DNA from: Sphingomicrobium sp.
GTDB taxonomy: Bacteria > Pseudomonadota > Alphaproteobacteria > Sphingomonadales > Sphingomonadaceae
Direction of reading: 5' to 3'
NCBI GenBank assembly: GCA_036265105.1
Contig: DATAPR010000055.1
Coordinates: 42,229 to 106,228, forward strand
DNA: 64,000 nt
Below, piece by piece: positions 36,971-47,645 of the stretch. The notes under the pieces are model-generated. The model searched no databases. It saw nothing but the letters and a program-made list of their open reading frames with translations, and was not told where the DNA came from. Position 1 is the first letter of the stretch; each line of letters opens with the position of its first letter. The position numbers and the translations under genes are program-made.

Positions 36971-37194
36971 TACTTTGAATTTGCATGGACCAGAATCGGT
37001 AAATGACTCGCTGGGTTCCATCGCCACCTTGCAAACCATGCTGACTAGTGTTCTTGTCCGATGATTGACGGGGGTGTCGGGGCTCTTCCGTTAACCTTTG
37101 CTGTTCAACGGCCTAGCTGAGCCCCTGCGCGCTCGTCTGCGCGATTGATACGGTCTCGCGGCTTTTTGCCGTGAGGTCATTACGGGGGTGACAT

Positions 37195-40100
37195 ATGCGG
37201 TACGACGACGCTTCGCAGCCGGTTTCCAATGGCCATTCAGAGCCAGTCGCACGGCCTGACGTAGACATTCTGCCGCCAGGCAGCTTCGGTCCCGCCACGG
37301 GCAACGCCATCACGGGCGAGGGAACGAACTCGGGTCATGCTGGAGCCGACAGTGTCGGCGCTTCACCTGCGATCACGCAGGTCCAGGGCGCGGGCGGCCA
37401 GACTGTTGTCGGGAACGGCAACTTCCAGGCGCCTGGTCAGTACGGCGTCCTCCAGATGGATGCGCAGGGCAATTTCAACTACGTCCGCAATCCGAACACC
37501 CCAGACGGCGTCAAGGACGTCTTCAACTACACGGTTGCTGATGCGAGCGGCGGAAACTCGTCGACGACTCTGACGATCGACATCGCGCAGGTCGCCGCGG
37601 CTGCGGCAGGGCAGGGCGTGGTCGCTCTTCCGGCCGGCGTCCAGCTGTCGGACATTCACGTCAACGGGCACGATCTCATCATCAACATGCCCGACGGCAC
37701 CCAGATGGTGATCCCGAACGGAGCGGTTTTCGTCCCCGAGATCACGATCGGTGACGTCCAGGTCCCGCCGACCAACCTTGCGGCGCTTCTCATCGATTCA
37801 GAGCCGCAGCCCGCGGCGGGCTCATCGCCCAGCAGCGGCGGCGACTGGAACGATCCCATTCCACCGCTCGATCCGGGGGTTCCCCTCGGCGACCTCATCC
37901 CGCCGACCGAGCTCACCTATACGCCGCCGACCTTCGTCGAACCCGCTGGGTTCATTCACGAGCCGCCGACGGTCGTCATCGAAACGCCGGACAACCCGCC
38001 TCCGGGCGTGGTCGACGCTTCGGAGCAGGTCTTCGAGAAGGGTCTTCCCGAGCGCGACGGCGGAAAGCCCGCAGGTTCGGGCGAGATCGCCGATGGTGAT
38101 CCCAACAACAACAGCGATCCGAGCGAAACGAACACCGGGACGATCGTGTTCACCGCGCAGGGCGGTCTCCAGGTCATCTCGGTCGACGGCGTTGCGATCA
38201 CGCAGGTCGGTCAGACCATCCAGGGCCAGTACGGCACGATGACGATCACCGGCATCGACCTGACCCATGACACGATCACCTACAGCTACACGCTCGCCGA
38301 CAACACGAGCGGCGACAATACGGCGGACCACTTCACCGTCGTCGTAACCGACAAGACCGGCGACACTGCAACCGCAACGCTGACGGTCAACATTGTCGAC
38401 GATGTTCCGACGGCACGCGACGACACCGATTCGCTCGATTCGAACCTGACAGCCACCGGCAACGTCATGACCGGCGTTGGAACGACCTCGGGCGCGGCCG
38501 GCGCGGACACGGTTGGCGCTGACAATGCGTCGCTGACCAGCGTCTCGAGCAATTTCACTCACGCGTCGGATGCGACATTCGATTCCAGCGGCAATCTCAT
38601 CGTTCACGGTGAATTCGGAACGCTGACGATCAAGGCTGACGGAACCTACAGCTATACGCTCGATGCAAACTCGCACGGCGGCGGAAACGACGTCTTCACC
38701 TACACGATCACGGACGGTGACGGAGATACGTCATCCGCCACGCTGACGATCGACGTCCCGCTCCAGAACAGCCCGCCCACGGCCGAGAGCTCGACGGTGA
38801 ACGTTTCGGAAGAAGGCCTTCCTGGCGGAAATCCCGACAGCACCGGCACTCCGGATACGACCAACAGCGCGACCGGAGCTGGCACGATCAACGCGTCCGA
38901 TCCGGACGGCGATCCGCTGACGATCAAGCTCACCGCTCCAACCGGTACCTACACTTCGCACGGTCAGGTTGTGAACTGGGCCGTCTCTTCCGATGGTCAC
39001 ACTCTGGTTGGCTACACAGGTAGCGATTCGACCACGAACCATGTCATTGAAGTGACGATCACCGACAGTGGCACGTACAGCGTCCAGCTGCTCCAGGCGT
39101 TCGACGATCCCAATCCGAACATCGAGGATTCGATCAGCTTCACGGTCCCGGTGACCGTCAGTGACAACCACGGCGCCAGCACCGGGGTCAGCATCACGGT
39201 CACGGTCGAGGACGATAGTCCGGTCGTAAGCCCGTCGGTCAACTCCGATGCGTCGGCGACTCTCGATGAGAGCGGCACCGGCGCGGGCGCAGCAACGATC
39301 GACACGGGCTCAATCGTCAAGGGCGATGATCCTGACGTGGCCGGTTCGGGCGCGATCAGCTCGGCGACATCGGGCAGCGCGATCGTCAACGCCAACGTCT
39401 CATTCGGAGGCGATGGGCCGGCAGCGAGCAATTCGCTGACCTATGCGCTGAGCATCACCAACGCAGCCTCGGGGCTCGAGGTGACGGACGGAAGCGCGAT
39501 CACTCTCCAGATGGTCAACGGCGTCATTGTCGGCGTCGTCCAGGGCGGTGCGTTCAACGGCGAAGCGGCTTTTGCGATCTCGATCAACTCGGCGACCGGC
39601 GTCGTGACAGTCGAGCAGTATCTCTCGCTCGATCATCCCAACACGAGCGATCCCAATGACGCGGTCCAGATGGCTCTGGGCTCGGTCGGAGTGACGGTCA
39701 CCGCGACCGATTACGACGGCGATCATGTGACGTCCGGTGCGGTTGACGTTTCGCACCAGATCACGTTCCTGGATGATGGTCCCTCGATCAATCCGGTCGT
39801 CAATTCCGACGCCACGGTAACGCTCGACGAGAGCGGCCTTGGCGCGGGCGCAGCGACGATCGACACCGGTTCAATCGTCAAGGGCGACGATCCTGACGTT
39901 GCGGGCTCTGGTGCTATCAGTAGCGCGACGTCCGGAACCGCGGTGGTCACCGCCAATGCGGCGTTCGGTGCCGATGGTCCGGCCGTCAGCGGATCCCTGA
40001 CCTATGCCCTCTCCATCACCAGCGCGACCTCGGGTCTTGAAGTGACGGACGGAAGCGCGATCACCCTCCAGATGGTCAATGGCGTCATTGTCGGCGTTGT

Positions 40101-43100
40101 CCAGGGCGGTGCCTTCGACGGCGAAGCCGCTTTCGCGATCTCGATCAACTCGACGACGGGCGTCGTGACGGTTGAGCAGTATCTCTCACTCGACCATCCC
40201 AACCCCAATGATCCCAACGACGCCGTTCAGATGCTGACCGGTACTGTTGGAGTGACAGTCACGGCGACAGACGGCGACGGCGACCATGTCACCTCGGGCG
40301 CGGTCGACGTTTCGCACGAGATCACGTTCCTGGATGATGGTCCATCGGTCAGTCCGGTCGTCAATTCCGACGCCACGGTGACTCTCGACGAGAGCGGTCT
40401 TGGAGCAGGCACAGCGACGATTGACACCGGCTCAATCGTCAAGGGCGATGATCCTGACGTGGCCGGTTCGGGAGCGATCAGCGCGGCGACTTCCGGATCC
40501 GCGATCGTCACGGCCAATGCGGCGTTCGGCGCCGACGGCCCGGCCGTCAGCGGCTCGCTCACTTACGCACTCTCAATCACCAGTGCGACCTCGGGTCTCG
40601 AAGTGACGGACGGAAGCGCGATCAGCCTCCAGATGGTCAACGGCGTCATTGTCGGCGTGGTCCAGGGCGGCGCCTTCAATGGCGAGGCGGCTTTTGCGAT
40701 CTCGATCAACTCGACGACGGGTGTGGTGACGGTTGAGCAGTACCTCTCGCTCGATCATCCCAACCCCAATGACCCCAACGACGCCGTTCAGATGCTGACC
40801 GGTACTGTTGGTGTGACCGTGACCGCGACGGACGGCGACGGCGACCATGTGACTTCTGGCGCGGTCGATGTGTCGCACGAAATCACGTTCCTGGACGATG
40901 GTCCTTCGGTCAATCCGGTCGTCAATTCTGACGCTTCGGTCACGCTCGACGAGAGTGGTCTCGGCGCTGGCGCAGCGACGATCAACACGGGTTCAATCGT
41001 CAAGGGCGATGATCCTGATGTGGCGGGTTCGGGCGCGATCAGCTCGGCGACTTCCGGAAGCGCGATCGTCACCCCCAATGCGGCGTTCGGTGCGGACGGC
41101 CCTGCGGTCAGCGGCTCGCTGACCTACGCCCTCAGCATCACGAACGCAGTTTCCGGTCTCGAGGTTACGGACGGCAGCGCGATCAACCTTCAAATGGTCA
41201 ACGGCGTCATCGTCGGCGTGGTCAGCGGCGGGGCCTTCAATGGTGAGGCGGCTTTCGCGATCTCGATCAACTCGACGACGGGTGTCGTGACCGTCGAGCA
41301 GTACCTCTCGCTCGATCATCCGAACCCCAACGACCCGAACGACGCAGTCCTGCTCGCTTCGGGATCGGTCGGAGTGACCGTGACCGCGACGGATGGCGAC
41401 GGCGACCATGTGACTTCGGGCGCAGTCGACGTATCCCACCAGATCACCTTCCTCGACGATGGTCCCTCGATCAGTCCAGTCGTCAATGCCGACGCAACGG
41501 TCACTCTCGACGAGAGCGGTCTTGGAGCAGGCGCGGCGACGATCAGCACCGGCTCGATCGTCAAGGGCGATGATCCAGATGTCGCCGGCTCAGGAGCGAT
41601 CAGCTCTGCGACGTCGGGTTCGGCAATTGTTAGCGCCCATGCGGCGTTCGGCGCCGATGGTCCGGCGGTCACCGGGTCGCTGACCTACGCACTTTCCATC
41701 ACGAACGCAGTTTCGGGTCTTGAAGTGACCGACGGAAGCGCGATCAACCTTCAGCTGGTCAACGGCGTGATCGTCGGCGTGGTCAGCGGCGGTGCGTTCA
41801 ACGGCGAGGCGGCCTTTGCCATCTCGATCAACTCGAGCACCGGCGTTGTGACGGTCGAGCAGTATCTCTCGCTCGACCATCCCAACACGAGCGATCCGAA
41901 CGACGCAGTCCTTCTCGCTTCGGGATCGGTCGGTGTGACCGTCACCGCGACGGACGGCGACGGGGATCATGTGACCTCTGGCGCGGTTGATGTGTCGCAC
42001 CAGATCACGTTCCTGGACGATGGTCCTTCGGTTAGCCCGGTCGTCAACGCCGACGCAACGGTCACGCTCGACGAGAGCGGCCTTGGCGCGGGCGCAGCGA
42101 CGATCAGCACGGGTTCAATCGTCAAGGGCGACGATCCTGACGTTGCAGGTTCTGGCGCGATCAGCTCTGCGAATTCGGGCTCGGCGATCGTTAGCGCCCA
42201 TGCGGCGTTCGGTGCGGATGGCCCCGCGGTCAGCGGCTCGCTGACCTATGCGCTCTCCATCACGAACGCAGTCTCCGGTCTTGAAGTGACTGATGGAAGC
42301 GCCATCAACCTCCAGATGGTCAACGGCGTCATCGTCGGCGTGGTGAGCGGCGGTGCCTTCAACGGTGAGGCGGCGTTTGCGATCTCGATCAACTCGACGA
42401 CTGGTGTCGTGACAGTCGAGCAGTATCTCTCGCTCGATCATCCCAACACGAGCGACCCGAACGACGCAGTCCTTCTCGCTTCGGGATCGGTCGGAGTGAC
42501 GGTCACTGCGACCGATGGCGATGGCGATCATGTGACCTCGGGCGCTGTCGACGTATCCCACCAAATCACCTTCCTGGACGACGGTCCCTCGGTCAGTCCA
42601 GTCCTCAATGCCACCGCTACGGTCTTGCTCGACGAGAGCGGCCTCGGGGCGGGCGCAGCGACGATCAACACGGGTTCGATCGTTAAGGGCGACGATCCAG
42701 ATGTTGCCGGCTCGGGCGCGATCAGCTCGGCGAATTCGGGCTCGGCGGTCGTTAGCGCCCATGCGGCGTTCGGTGCCGACGGCCCGGCGGTCACCGGCTC
42801 GCTGACCTATGCATTGAGTATCACGAACGCAGTCTCCGGTCTGATGGTGACCGACGGCAGCGCGATCAACCTCCAGATGGTGAATGGCGTGATCGTCGGC
42901 GTGGTGAGCGGCGGTGCGTTCAACGGCGAAGCGGCTTTTGCGATCTCGATCAATTCGAGCACCGGCGTTGTGACAGTCGAGCAGTACCTCTCGCTCGATC
43001 ATCCCAACACGAGCGACCCCAACGACGCAGTTCTGCTCGCTACGGGATCGGTCGGGGTGACCGTCACCGCGACGGACGGCGACGGGGATCATGTGACCTC

Positions 43101-46092
43101 AGGCGCAGTCGACGTGTCGCATCAGATCACGTTCCTCGACGACGGACCGCAAATGGATCCGGGTCTCAACGCCAGTGCGACCGTAACGCTCGACGAGAGC
43201 GGCCTTGGAGCGGGCGCTGCAACGATCAACACCGGCTCGATCGTCAAGGGCGACGATCCTGATGTGACGGGTTCCGGAGCAATCAGCAGCGCCAACTCGG
43301 GTAGCGCAGTCGTTACGGCCAATGCGGCGTTCGGTGCCGATGGTCCCGCGGTCACCGGATCGCTGACCTATGCCCTCTCCATCACCAATGCGACCTCCGG
43401 TCTTGAAGTGACCGATGGAAGCGCGATCAACCTTCAGATGGTGAACGGTGTCATCGTCGGGGTGGTCAGCGGCGGTGCCTTCAACGGTGAGGCGGCTTTC
43501 GCGATCTCGATCAATTCGAGCACCGGCGTTGTGACGGTCGAGCAATATCTCTCGCTCGACCATCCCAACACGAGCGATCCCAACGATGCCGTTCAGATGG
43601 CGCTGGGCTCGGTCGGAGTGACGGTAACGGCGACGGACGGCGACGGGGATCATGTGACTTCCGGGGCGATCGACGTTTCGCACCAGATCACGTTCCTCGA
43701 CGATGGCCCCTCGGTCAGTCCAGCTCTCAACGCCAGCGCGACCGTAGCGCTCGATGAGAGCGGTCTCGGCGCAGGCCCTGCAACGATCAACACCGGCTCA
43801 ATCGTCAAGGGCGATGATCCAGATGTTGCTGGATCAGGCGCGATCAGCTCGGCGATGTCGGGCTCGGCACTCGTCACCGCCAATGCGTTGTTCGGTGCTG
43901 ACGGTCCGGCGCTCAGCAATTCGCTGGCCTATGCGCTCTCCATCACCAACGCGACCTCGGGTCTCGAAGTGACGGACGGTCATGCGATCACCCTGCAGAT
44001 GGTGAATGGTGTGATTGTCGGCGTCGTCCAGGGCGGGGCGTTCAACGGCGAGGCGGCCTTTGCCATCTCGATCAACGCCGCGACCGGCGTCGTGACCGTC
44101 GAGCAGTATCTCTCACTCGATCATCCGAACACCAGCGATCCGAACGACATTGTCCAGCTCGCTTCGGGATCGATCGGGGTGACTATCACTGCGACGGATG
44201 GCGACGGCGATCATATCACTTCGGGCGCGGTCGACGTCTCGCACCAGATCAGCTTTGCTGACGATGGGCCGACGCTTGGCACCGTTCAGGACCAGGTCGT
44301 CTCGAACGATCCGACCCAGACTCCGGCAGTTGGCTCCCTGCATTTCGCGGCAGGTGCGGACGGCCCGGGAACGACGATGACGATCACTGCTGACACCACC
44401 GGAATTACCTCCGGCGGATTTGGCCTCGTCACTCACCAGGTCGGAAATGTTCTCACCGCCTACGAGGACGTAAACCACAACGGCGTCTACGATTCTGGCG
44501 ATACCACTGCGGTCTTCACAATCACGGTCGATCCAAGCGGCGGTACGTCGGGCACCTATACGTTCGACCTGCTCCAGGCGCTCGATCCGACCGTCACCCC
44601 GTTCAACATCGGTTCGGGCAGTTCGTTCGGCGCGGGCCCATCGCAGAGCGTGGTGGTCACGGATACGGCCAGCGGCACCAACCTGGTCTTCGTGACCGGG
44701 TGGAGCCCGACGGACACGAGCCACGAGTTTACGACGGGGGAAAACACCGCGTGGCTTGGCGGCGGCGATCCTTCGCTCAGCCAGACATCGAACGTCAACG
44801 GTTCGACGGCGGGTTGGGGACTTGCCAACAACAACTTCGACGCCGGCGAGTTCATGCGCTTCGACTTCGGAACGCTGGACGATTATGACGGCGGCGGACC
44901 CTATACGCCTCCGGGAACGCCGACCATCGCGGTCGTCGATTTCGCGACCTTCTCGTTCAAGAACTTCTCAACCGGCGATACGGTCGAGTTCGTCGCTCAC
45001 TATACGGACGGAAGCACGGCAGATTTCGTTCTCTCCGACGGATCGGCGAGCACGCTCACGATCAACGCCCCCGCCGGCCTGCACATTGCATGGATCGACG
45101 TTTACGAATCGGCGGGCAGCATCAAGCTGAACCTCGATCAGGTTGGCGTTGTCACATCGACGGTCAACGACACCATCAATGCGACGGTGCAGCTGACGGA
45201 CGGAGACGGCGATCCGACCACGACCGGAGGCTTCACGATCCAGGTTACGGATGGCGGCACGCCCGCTCAGCCCAACCTGCAAGTGCAGAACAATGTCGTC
45301 ACGACCAACTCGGTCGTCTCGACCACGAGCCTCGTTTCGAGCAACGACAATCAGACGCACGGCGACCACCGCTCATTCGGGGTCGGTCAGAATGCGGCAG
45401 TGATGGCGGCGCTCGCAGCGGCAGGTATCGAGGCCGAGCACGGCAAGCTCGACTTCCACGGGCCTGCTGGCGGGACCGGTCATTCGCAGACGATGACTCC
45501 GCTTGTGGCCGCTTCGGCCGGAGCGGCGAGCTTCAGCTCGGGTTACACTGCCTCTCCGACCCACATCGTGGAGACGACGAGCGGATCCACTCCAGTCGAG
45601 GGACACCAAGCCGCTGGTCGGTTCCATGAGATCCTCGAGCAGATGCATGGTCTTGGCCACGCCGACGCTCACACTCCGGTGCTGACGACGCTTCTCAATG
45701 GCTCCTCGCCGATATCCCATGGTTCGGTCGTCCATACAGGATCGATCATGGCCTCGGGTGTCGCAATGCCGTCGGCCCAGCAGCTGATTGCAGCGATGGG
45801 TGGACACGCACAGCCGCAGAACAGCGTTGCTGGAGTGGATCACAGCCAGGCGGTCAGCCAGGTTCTGGCGGATGCACTGCACGGCGGCGAAGGTCACGGG
45901 CCGAGCATCGACGGGCTTCTAAGTGGCCCGACGAGCCATGTGACGCACGACGTGATCGAGGCCCTGGCAAGCCATGCTGGAAGCGCTGTTCCATTCTCGA
46001 ACAGCAGCGTGCTCGCCGCTTTCCACGGCACGCATAACATGTTCTCCATGAACGGGATGGCGCACCACGACGCGGCACCGCATCACGGATGA
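37195..46092 (+). CDS. Giant T1SS-secreted LapA-like adhesin (2965 aa) with Ig-like/VCBS-like domains and DUF5801-like repeats
   Basis: Acidic Gly/Ser/Thr/Val-rich sequence; TDGDGD and F-x-DDGP motifs; retention-module-like region with PAAG; directly upstream of a T1SS. Confidence 0.88.
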   Translation: MRYDDASQPVSNGHSEPVARPDVDILPPGSFGPATGNAITGEGTNSGHAGADSVGASPAITQVQGAGGQTVVGNGNFQAPGQYGVLQMDAQGNFNYVRNPNTPDGVKDVFNYTVADASGGNSSTTLTIDIAQVAAAAAGQGVVALPAGVQLSDIHVNGHDLIINMPDGTQMVIPNGAVFVPEITIGDVQVPPTNLAALLIDSEPQPAAGSSPSSGGDWNDPIPPLDPGVPLGDLIPPTELTYTPPTFVEPAGFIHEPPTVVIETPDNPPPGVVDASEQVFEKGLPERDGGKPAGSGEIADGDPNNNSDPSETNTGTIVFTAQGGLQVISVDGVAITQVGQTIQGQYGTMTITGIDLTHDTITYSYTLADNTSGDNTADHFTVVVTDKTGDTATATLTVNIVDDVPTARDDTDSLDSNLTATGNVMTGVGTTSGAAGADTVGADNASLTSVSSNFTHASDATFDSSGNLIVHGEFGTLTIKADGTYSYTLDANSHGGGNDVFTYTITDGDGDTSSATLTIDVPLQNSPPTAESSTVNVSEEGLPGGNPDSTGTPDTTNSATGAGTINASDPDGDPLTIKLTAPTGTYTSHGQVVNWAVSSDGHTLVGYTGSDSTTNHVIEVTITDSGTYSVQLLQAFDDPNPNIEDSISFTVPVTVSDNHGASTGVSITVTVEDDSPVVSPSVNSDASATLDESGTGAGAATIDTGSIVKGDDPDVAGSGAISSATSGSAIVNANVSFGGDGPAASNSLTYALSITNAASGLEVTDGSAITLQMVNGVIVGVVQGGAFNGEAAFAISINSATGVVTVEQYLSLDHPNTSDPNDAVQMALGSVGVTVTATDYDGDHVTSGAVDVSHQITFLDDGPSINPVVNSDATVTLDESGLGAGAATIDTGSIVKGDDPDVAGSGAISSATSGTAVVTANAAFGADGPAVSGSLTYALSITSATSGLEVTDGSAITLQMVNGVIVGVVQGGAFDGEAAFAISINSTTGVVTVEQYLSLDHPNPNDPNDAVQMLTGTVGVTVTATDGDGDHVTSGAVDVSHEITFLDDGPSVSPVVNSDATVTLDESGLGAGTATIDTGSIVKGDDPDVAGSGAISAATSGSAIVTANAAFGADGPAVSGSLTYALSITSATSGLEVTDGSAISLQMVNGVIVGVVQGGAFNGEAAFAISINSTTGVVTVEQYLSLDHPNPNDPNDAVQMLTGTVGVTVTATDGDGDHVTSGAVDVSHEITFLDDGPSVNPVVNSDASVTLDESGLGAGAATINTGSIVKGDDPDVAGSGAISSATSGSAIVTPNAAFGADGPAVSGSLTYALSITNAVSGLEVTDGSAINLQMVNGVIVGVVSGGAFNGEAAFAISINSTTGVVTVEQYLSLDHPNPNDPNDAVLLASGSVGVTVTATDGDGDHVTSGAVDVSHQITFLDDGPSISPVVNADATVTLDESGLGAGAATISTGSIVKGDDPDVAGSGAISSATSGSAIVSAHAAFGADGPAVTGSLTYALSITNAVSGLEVTDGSAINLQLVNGVIVGVVSGGAFNGEAAFAISINSSTGVVTVEQYLSLDHPNTSDPNDAVLLASGSVGVTVTATDGDGDHVTSGAVDVSHQITFLDDGPSVSPVVNADATVTLDESGLGAGAATISTGSIVKGDDPDVAGSGAISSANSGSAIVSAHAAFGADGPAVSGSLTYALSITNAVSGLEVTDGSAINLQMVNGVIVGVVSGGAFNGEAAFAISINSTTGVVTVEQYLSLDHPNTSDPNDAVLLASGSVGVTVTATDGDGDHVTSGAVDVSHQITFLDDGPSVSPVLNATATVLLDESGLGAGAATINTGSIVKGDDPDVAGSGAISSANSGSAVVSAHAAFGADGPAVTGSLTYALSITNAVSGLMVTDGSAINLQMVNGVIVGVVSGGAFNGEAAFAISINSSTGVVTVEQYLSLDHPNTSDPNDAVLLATGSVGVTVTATDGDGDHVTSGAVDVSHQITFLDDGPQMDPGLNASATVTLDESGLGAGAATINTGSIVKGDDPDVTGSGAISSANSGSAVVTANAAFGADGPAVTGSLTYALSITNATSGLEVTDGSAINLQMVNGVIVGVVSGGAFNGEAAFAISINSSTGVVTVEQYLSLDHPNTSDPNDAVQMALGSVGVTVTATDGDGDHVTSGAIDVSHQITFLDDGPSVSPALNASATVALDESGLGAGPATINTGSIVKGDDPDVAGSGAISSAMSGSALVTANALFGADGPALSNSLAYALSITNATSGLEVTDGHAITLQMVNGVIVGVVQGGAFNGEAAFAISINAATGVVTVEQYLSLDHPNTSDPNDIVQLASGSIGVTITATDGDGDHITSGAVDVSHQISFADDGPTLGTVQDQVVSNDPTQTPAVGSLHFAAGADGPGTTMTITADTTGITSGGFGLVTHQVGNVLTAYEDVNHNGVYDSGDTTAVFTITVDPSGGTSGTYTFDLLQALDPTVTPFNIGSGSSFGAGPSQSVVVTDTASGTNLVFVTGWSPTDTSHEFTTGENTAWLGGGDPSLSQTSNVNGSTAGWGLANNNFDAGEFMRFDFGTLDDYDGGGPYTPPGTPTIAVVDFATFSFKNFSTGDTVEFVAHYTDGSTADFVLSDGSASTLTINAPAGLHIAWIDVYESAGSIKLNLDQVGVVTSTVNDTINATVQLTDGDGDPTTTGGFTIQVTDGGTPAQPNLQVQNNVVTTNSVVSTTSLVSSNDNQTHGDHRSFGVGQNAAVMAALAAAGIEAEHGKLDFHGPAGGTGHSQTMTPLVAASAGAASFSSGYTASPTHIVETTSGSTPVEGHQAAGRFHEILEQMHGLGHADAHTPVLTTLLNGSSPISHGSVVHTGSIMASGVAMPSAQQLIAAMGGHAQPQNSVAGVDHSQAVSQVLADALHGGEGHGPSIDGLLSGPTSHVTHDVIEALASHAGSAVPFSNSSVLAAFHGTHNMFSMNGMAHHDAAPHHG
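39211..44259 (+). repeat. Nine tandem 561-bp (187-aa) coding repeats
   Basis: DD(S/G)P codons at 39211, 39772, 40333, 40894, 41455, 42016, 42577, 43138, 43699 and 44260, an exact 561-bp period. Confidence 0.95.
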
Positions 46093-46165
46093 GGATTGGA
46101 GTGACACAATAACCCCGGCCGCCATGCGTAACTTTGGCGGCCGAGATGACCAACAGGGGGGATTT

Positions 46166-47620
46166 ATGTCTTACAAGTCTTGGATGCTTACCATTCCGGG
46201 GGCCTTGCTGGTCTCCACTTCTCCGGCGTGGGCGGTCGATCTACGTGACGCCGTCCAGTCCGCTCTCGCGACGAACCCTGAAATCCGCCAGGCCGTCTCG
46301 AACAGGGCAGCGACCGAAGAAGAGCTTCAGCAGGGCAAGGGCCTTTATTATCCGACCATCTCGGTCGAGGGCTCGGCCGGCGTTGAGGATCTCCATAATC
46401 CCACGAGGGAACAGCTCGGCATCGCAAACCACACGTTGTGGCCGATCGAGGGCGACCTGATCCTTGACGAACTGGTTTATGACAGCGGGGGCCGCGAGGC
46501 CGAAATCCGCCGCCAGGCCGCTCGTTCGGATTCGGCTGCGGCACGGGTTCAGGAGCGCTCCGAGTTCGTCGCTCAGAATACTGCTCGCACCTACATCGAT
46601 TATGTTCTCCAGCAGCGGCTCGTTGCCATCGCGCAGGACAACGTAACGTTCCACGAGAAGCTCGCCGGCGACCTTCGCGAAGGTGTCGCCAAGGGTTCGA
46701 TCAGCATTGCCGACCAGCAGCAGGCCGAAGAGCGGCTTCAGGCTGCTCGGGCCAAGGTGACTCAGGCCCAGGAAGACCTGGAGAGCGCTGGAATCACCTT
46801 CCGCACCTACACCGGAATTCCGATCGACACCGTGTCGCTTCCACCGGATCTCTCGCCCTGCATGCCGGCCACTCTCGAGGATGCCGAGGCAGCCGCCCGC
46901 AACGAAAATCCGCGGGTTCGCGAAGCGGAGGCCGACCTTGCAACGTCGCGCGAGGAAATTCGCGCCGCCAAGGCAGCGCTCGGTCCGAAGTTCAGCATCG
47001 AGGGCCGCGCTCGCGCAGGCCATGACATCGACGGGTTCGAGGGCCGCACGACCGACCTCCAGGCCCGCGGAGTTGTCCGCTGGACGCTGTACAATGGCGG
47101 AACCAAGGAAGCGAACGTCCGCGAGCAGCAGGAGCGCGCCAATGAAGTTCACGGGCGCCTGTTCCAGCAGACTCGGGCTGCCGAGGAAGACGTAAGGACG
47201 GCCTGGAGCCGACTTCAGAACCAGACGTCGCTGACGAGCGAGCTCGAGACTCAGGGCCGGATTTCCGACGACCTGCTTCTCTCCTACCGCGAGCAGTTCA
47301 ACATCGGGCGCCGTTCACTTCTCGACGTCCTCGATGCGCAGAACTCCCGCTATGTCGTGCAGCAGCAGGTGGAGACCGCGCGTCTCGCCAAGCTCTATGC
47401 GCAATATCAGGTCCTGGCTTCCGAGAACCGGCTGATCCAGTGCCTGGGGGTGCAGCCGGCGGCGGCTGCCCGGCAGACGGAGATGGTTCGCTATCACGTC
47501 AATCCGATCCCGCCCGCCGACCTTCAGGAAAACAGCATCCCGACGCCGGCTTTGGCGCCTGCGCCTCCGCCCCCTCCGGGCGAGGCTCCTCCGCCACCGC
47601 CGCCGCCTTCGGGCCGCTAA
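46166..47620 (+). CDS. TolC/LapE-family T1SS outer-membrane channel
   Basis: AGGGGG RBS; signal peptide; 'QFNIGRRSLLDVLDAQN'. Confidence 0.92.
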   Translation: MSYKSWMLTIPGALLVSTSPAWAVDLRDAVQSALATNPEIRQAVSNRAATEEELQQGKGLYYPTISVEGSAGVEDLHNPTREQLGIANHTLWPIEGDLILDELVYDSGGREAEIRRQAARSDSAAARVQERSEFVAQNTARTYIDYVLQQRLVAIAQDNVTFHEKLAGDLREGVAKGSISIADQQQAEERLQAARAKVTQAQEDLESAGITFRTYTGIPIDTVSLPPDLSPCMPATLEDAEAAARNENPRVREAEADLATSREEIRAAKAALGPKFSIEGRARAGHDIDGFEGRTTDLQARGVVRWTLYNGGTKEANVREQQERANEVHGRLFQQTRAAEEDVRTAWSRLQNQTSLTSELETQGRISDDLLLSYREQFNIGRRSLLDVLDAQNSRYVVQQQVETARLAKLYAQYQVLASENRLIQCLGVQPAAAARQTEMVRYHVNPIPPADLQENSIPTPALAPAPPPPPGEAPPPPPPPSGR

Positions 47621-47645
47621 AAGCTAAGAGAATCGAGGACGGGTA

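Noticed and set aside
39211-44259. Repeat array as CRISPR, or as template for a diversity-generating element
   Set aside because: Units are in-frame coding domains without spacers; no cas or reverse transcriptase gene in the window.
37337-46153. Many recurring antisense and alternate-frame ORFs inside the adhesin
   Set aside because: By-products of the 561-bp coding repeat and biased codon use.
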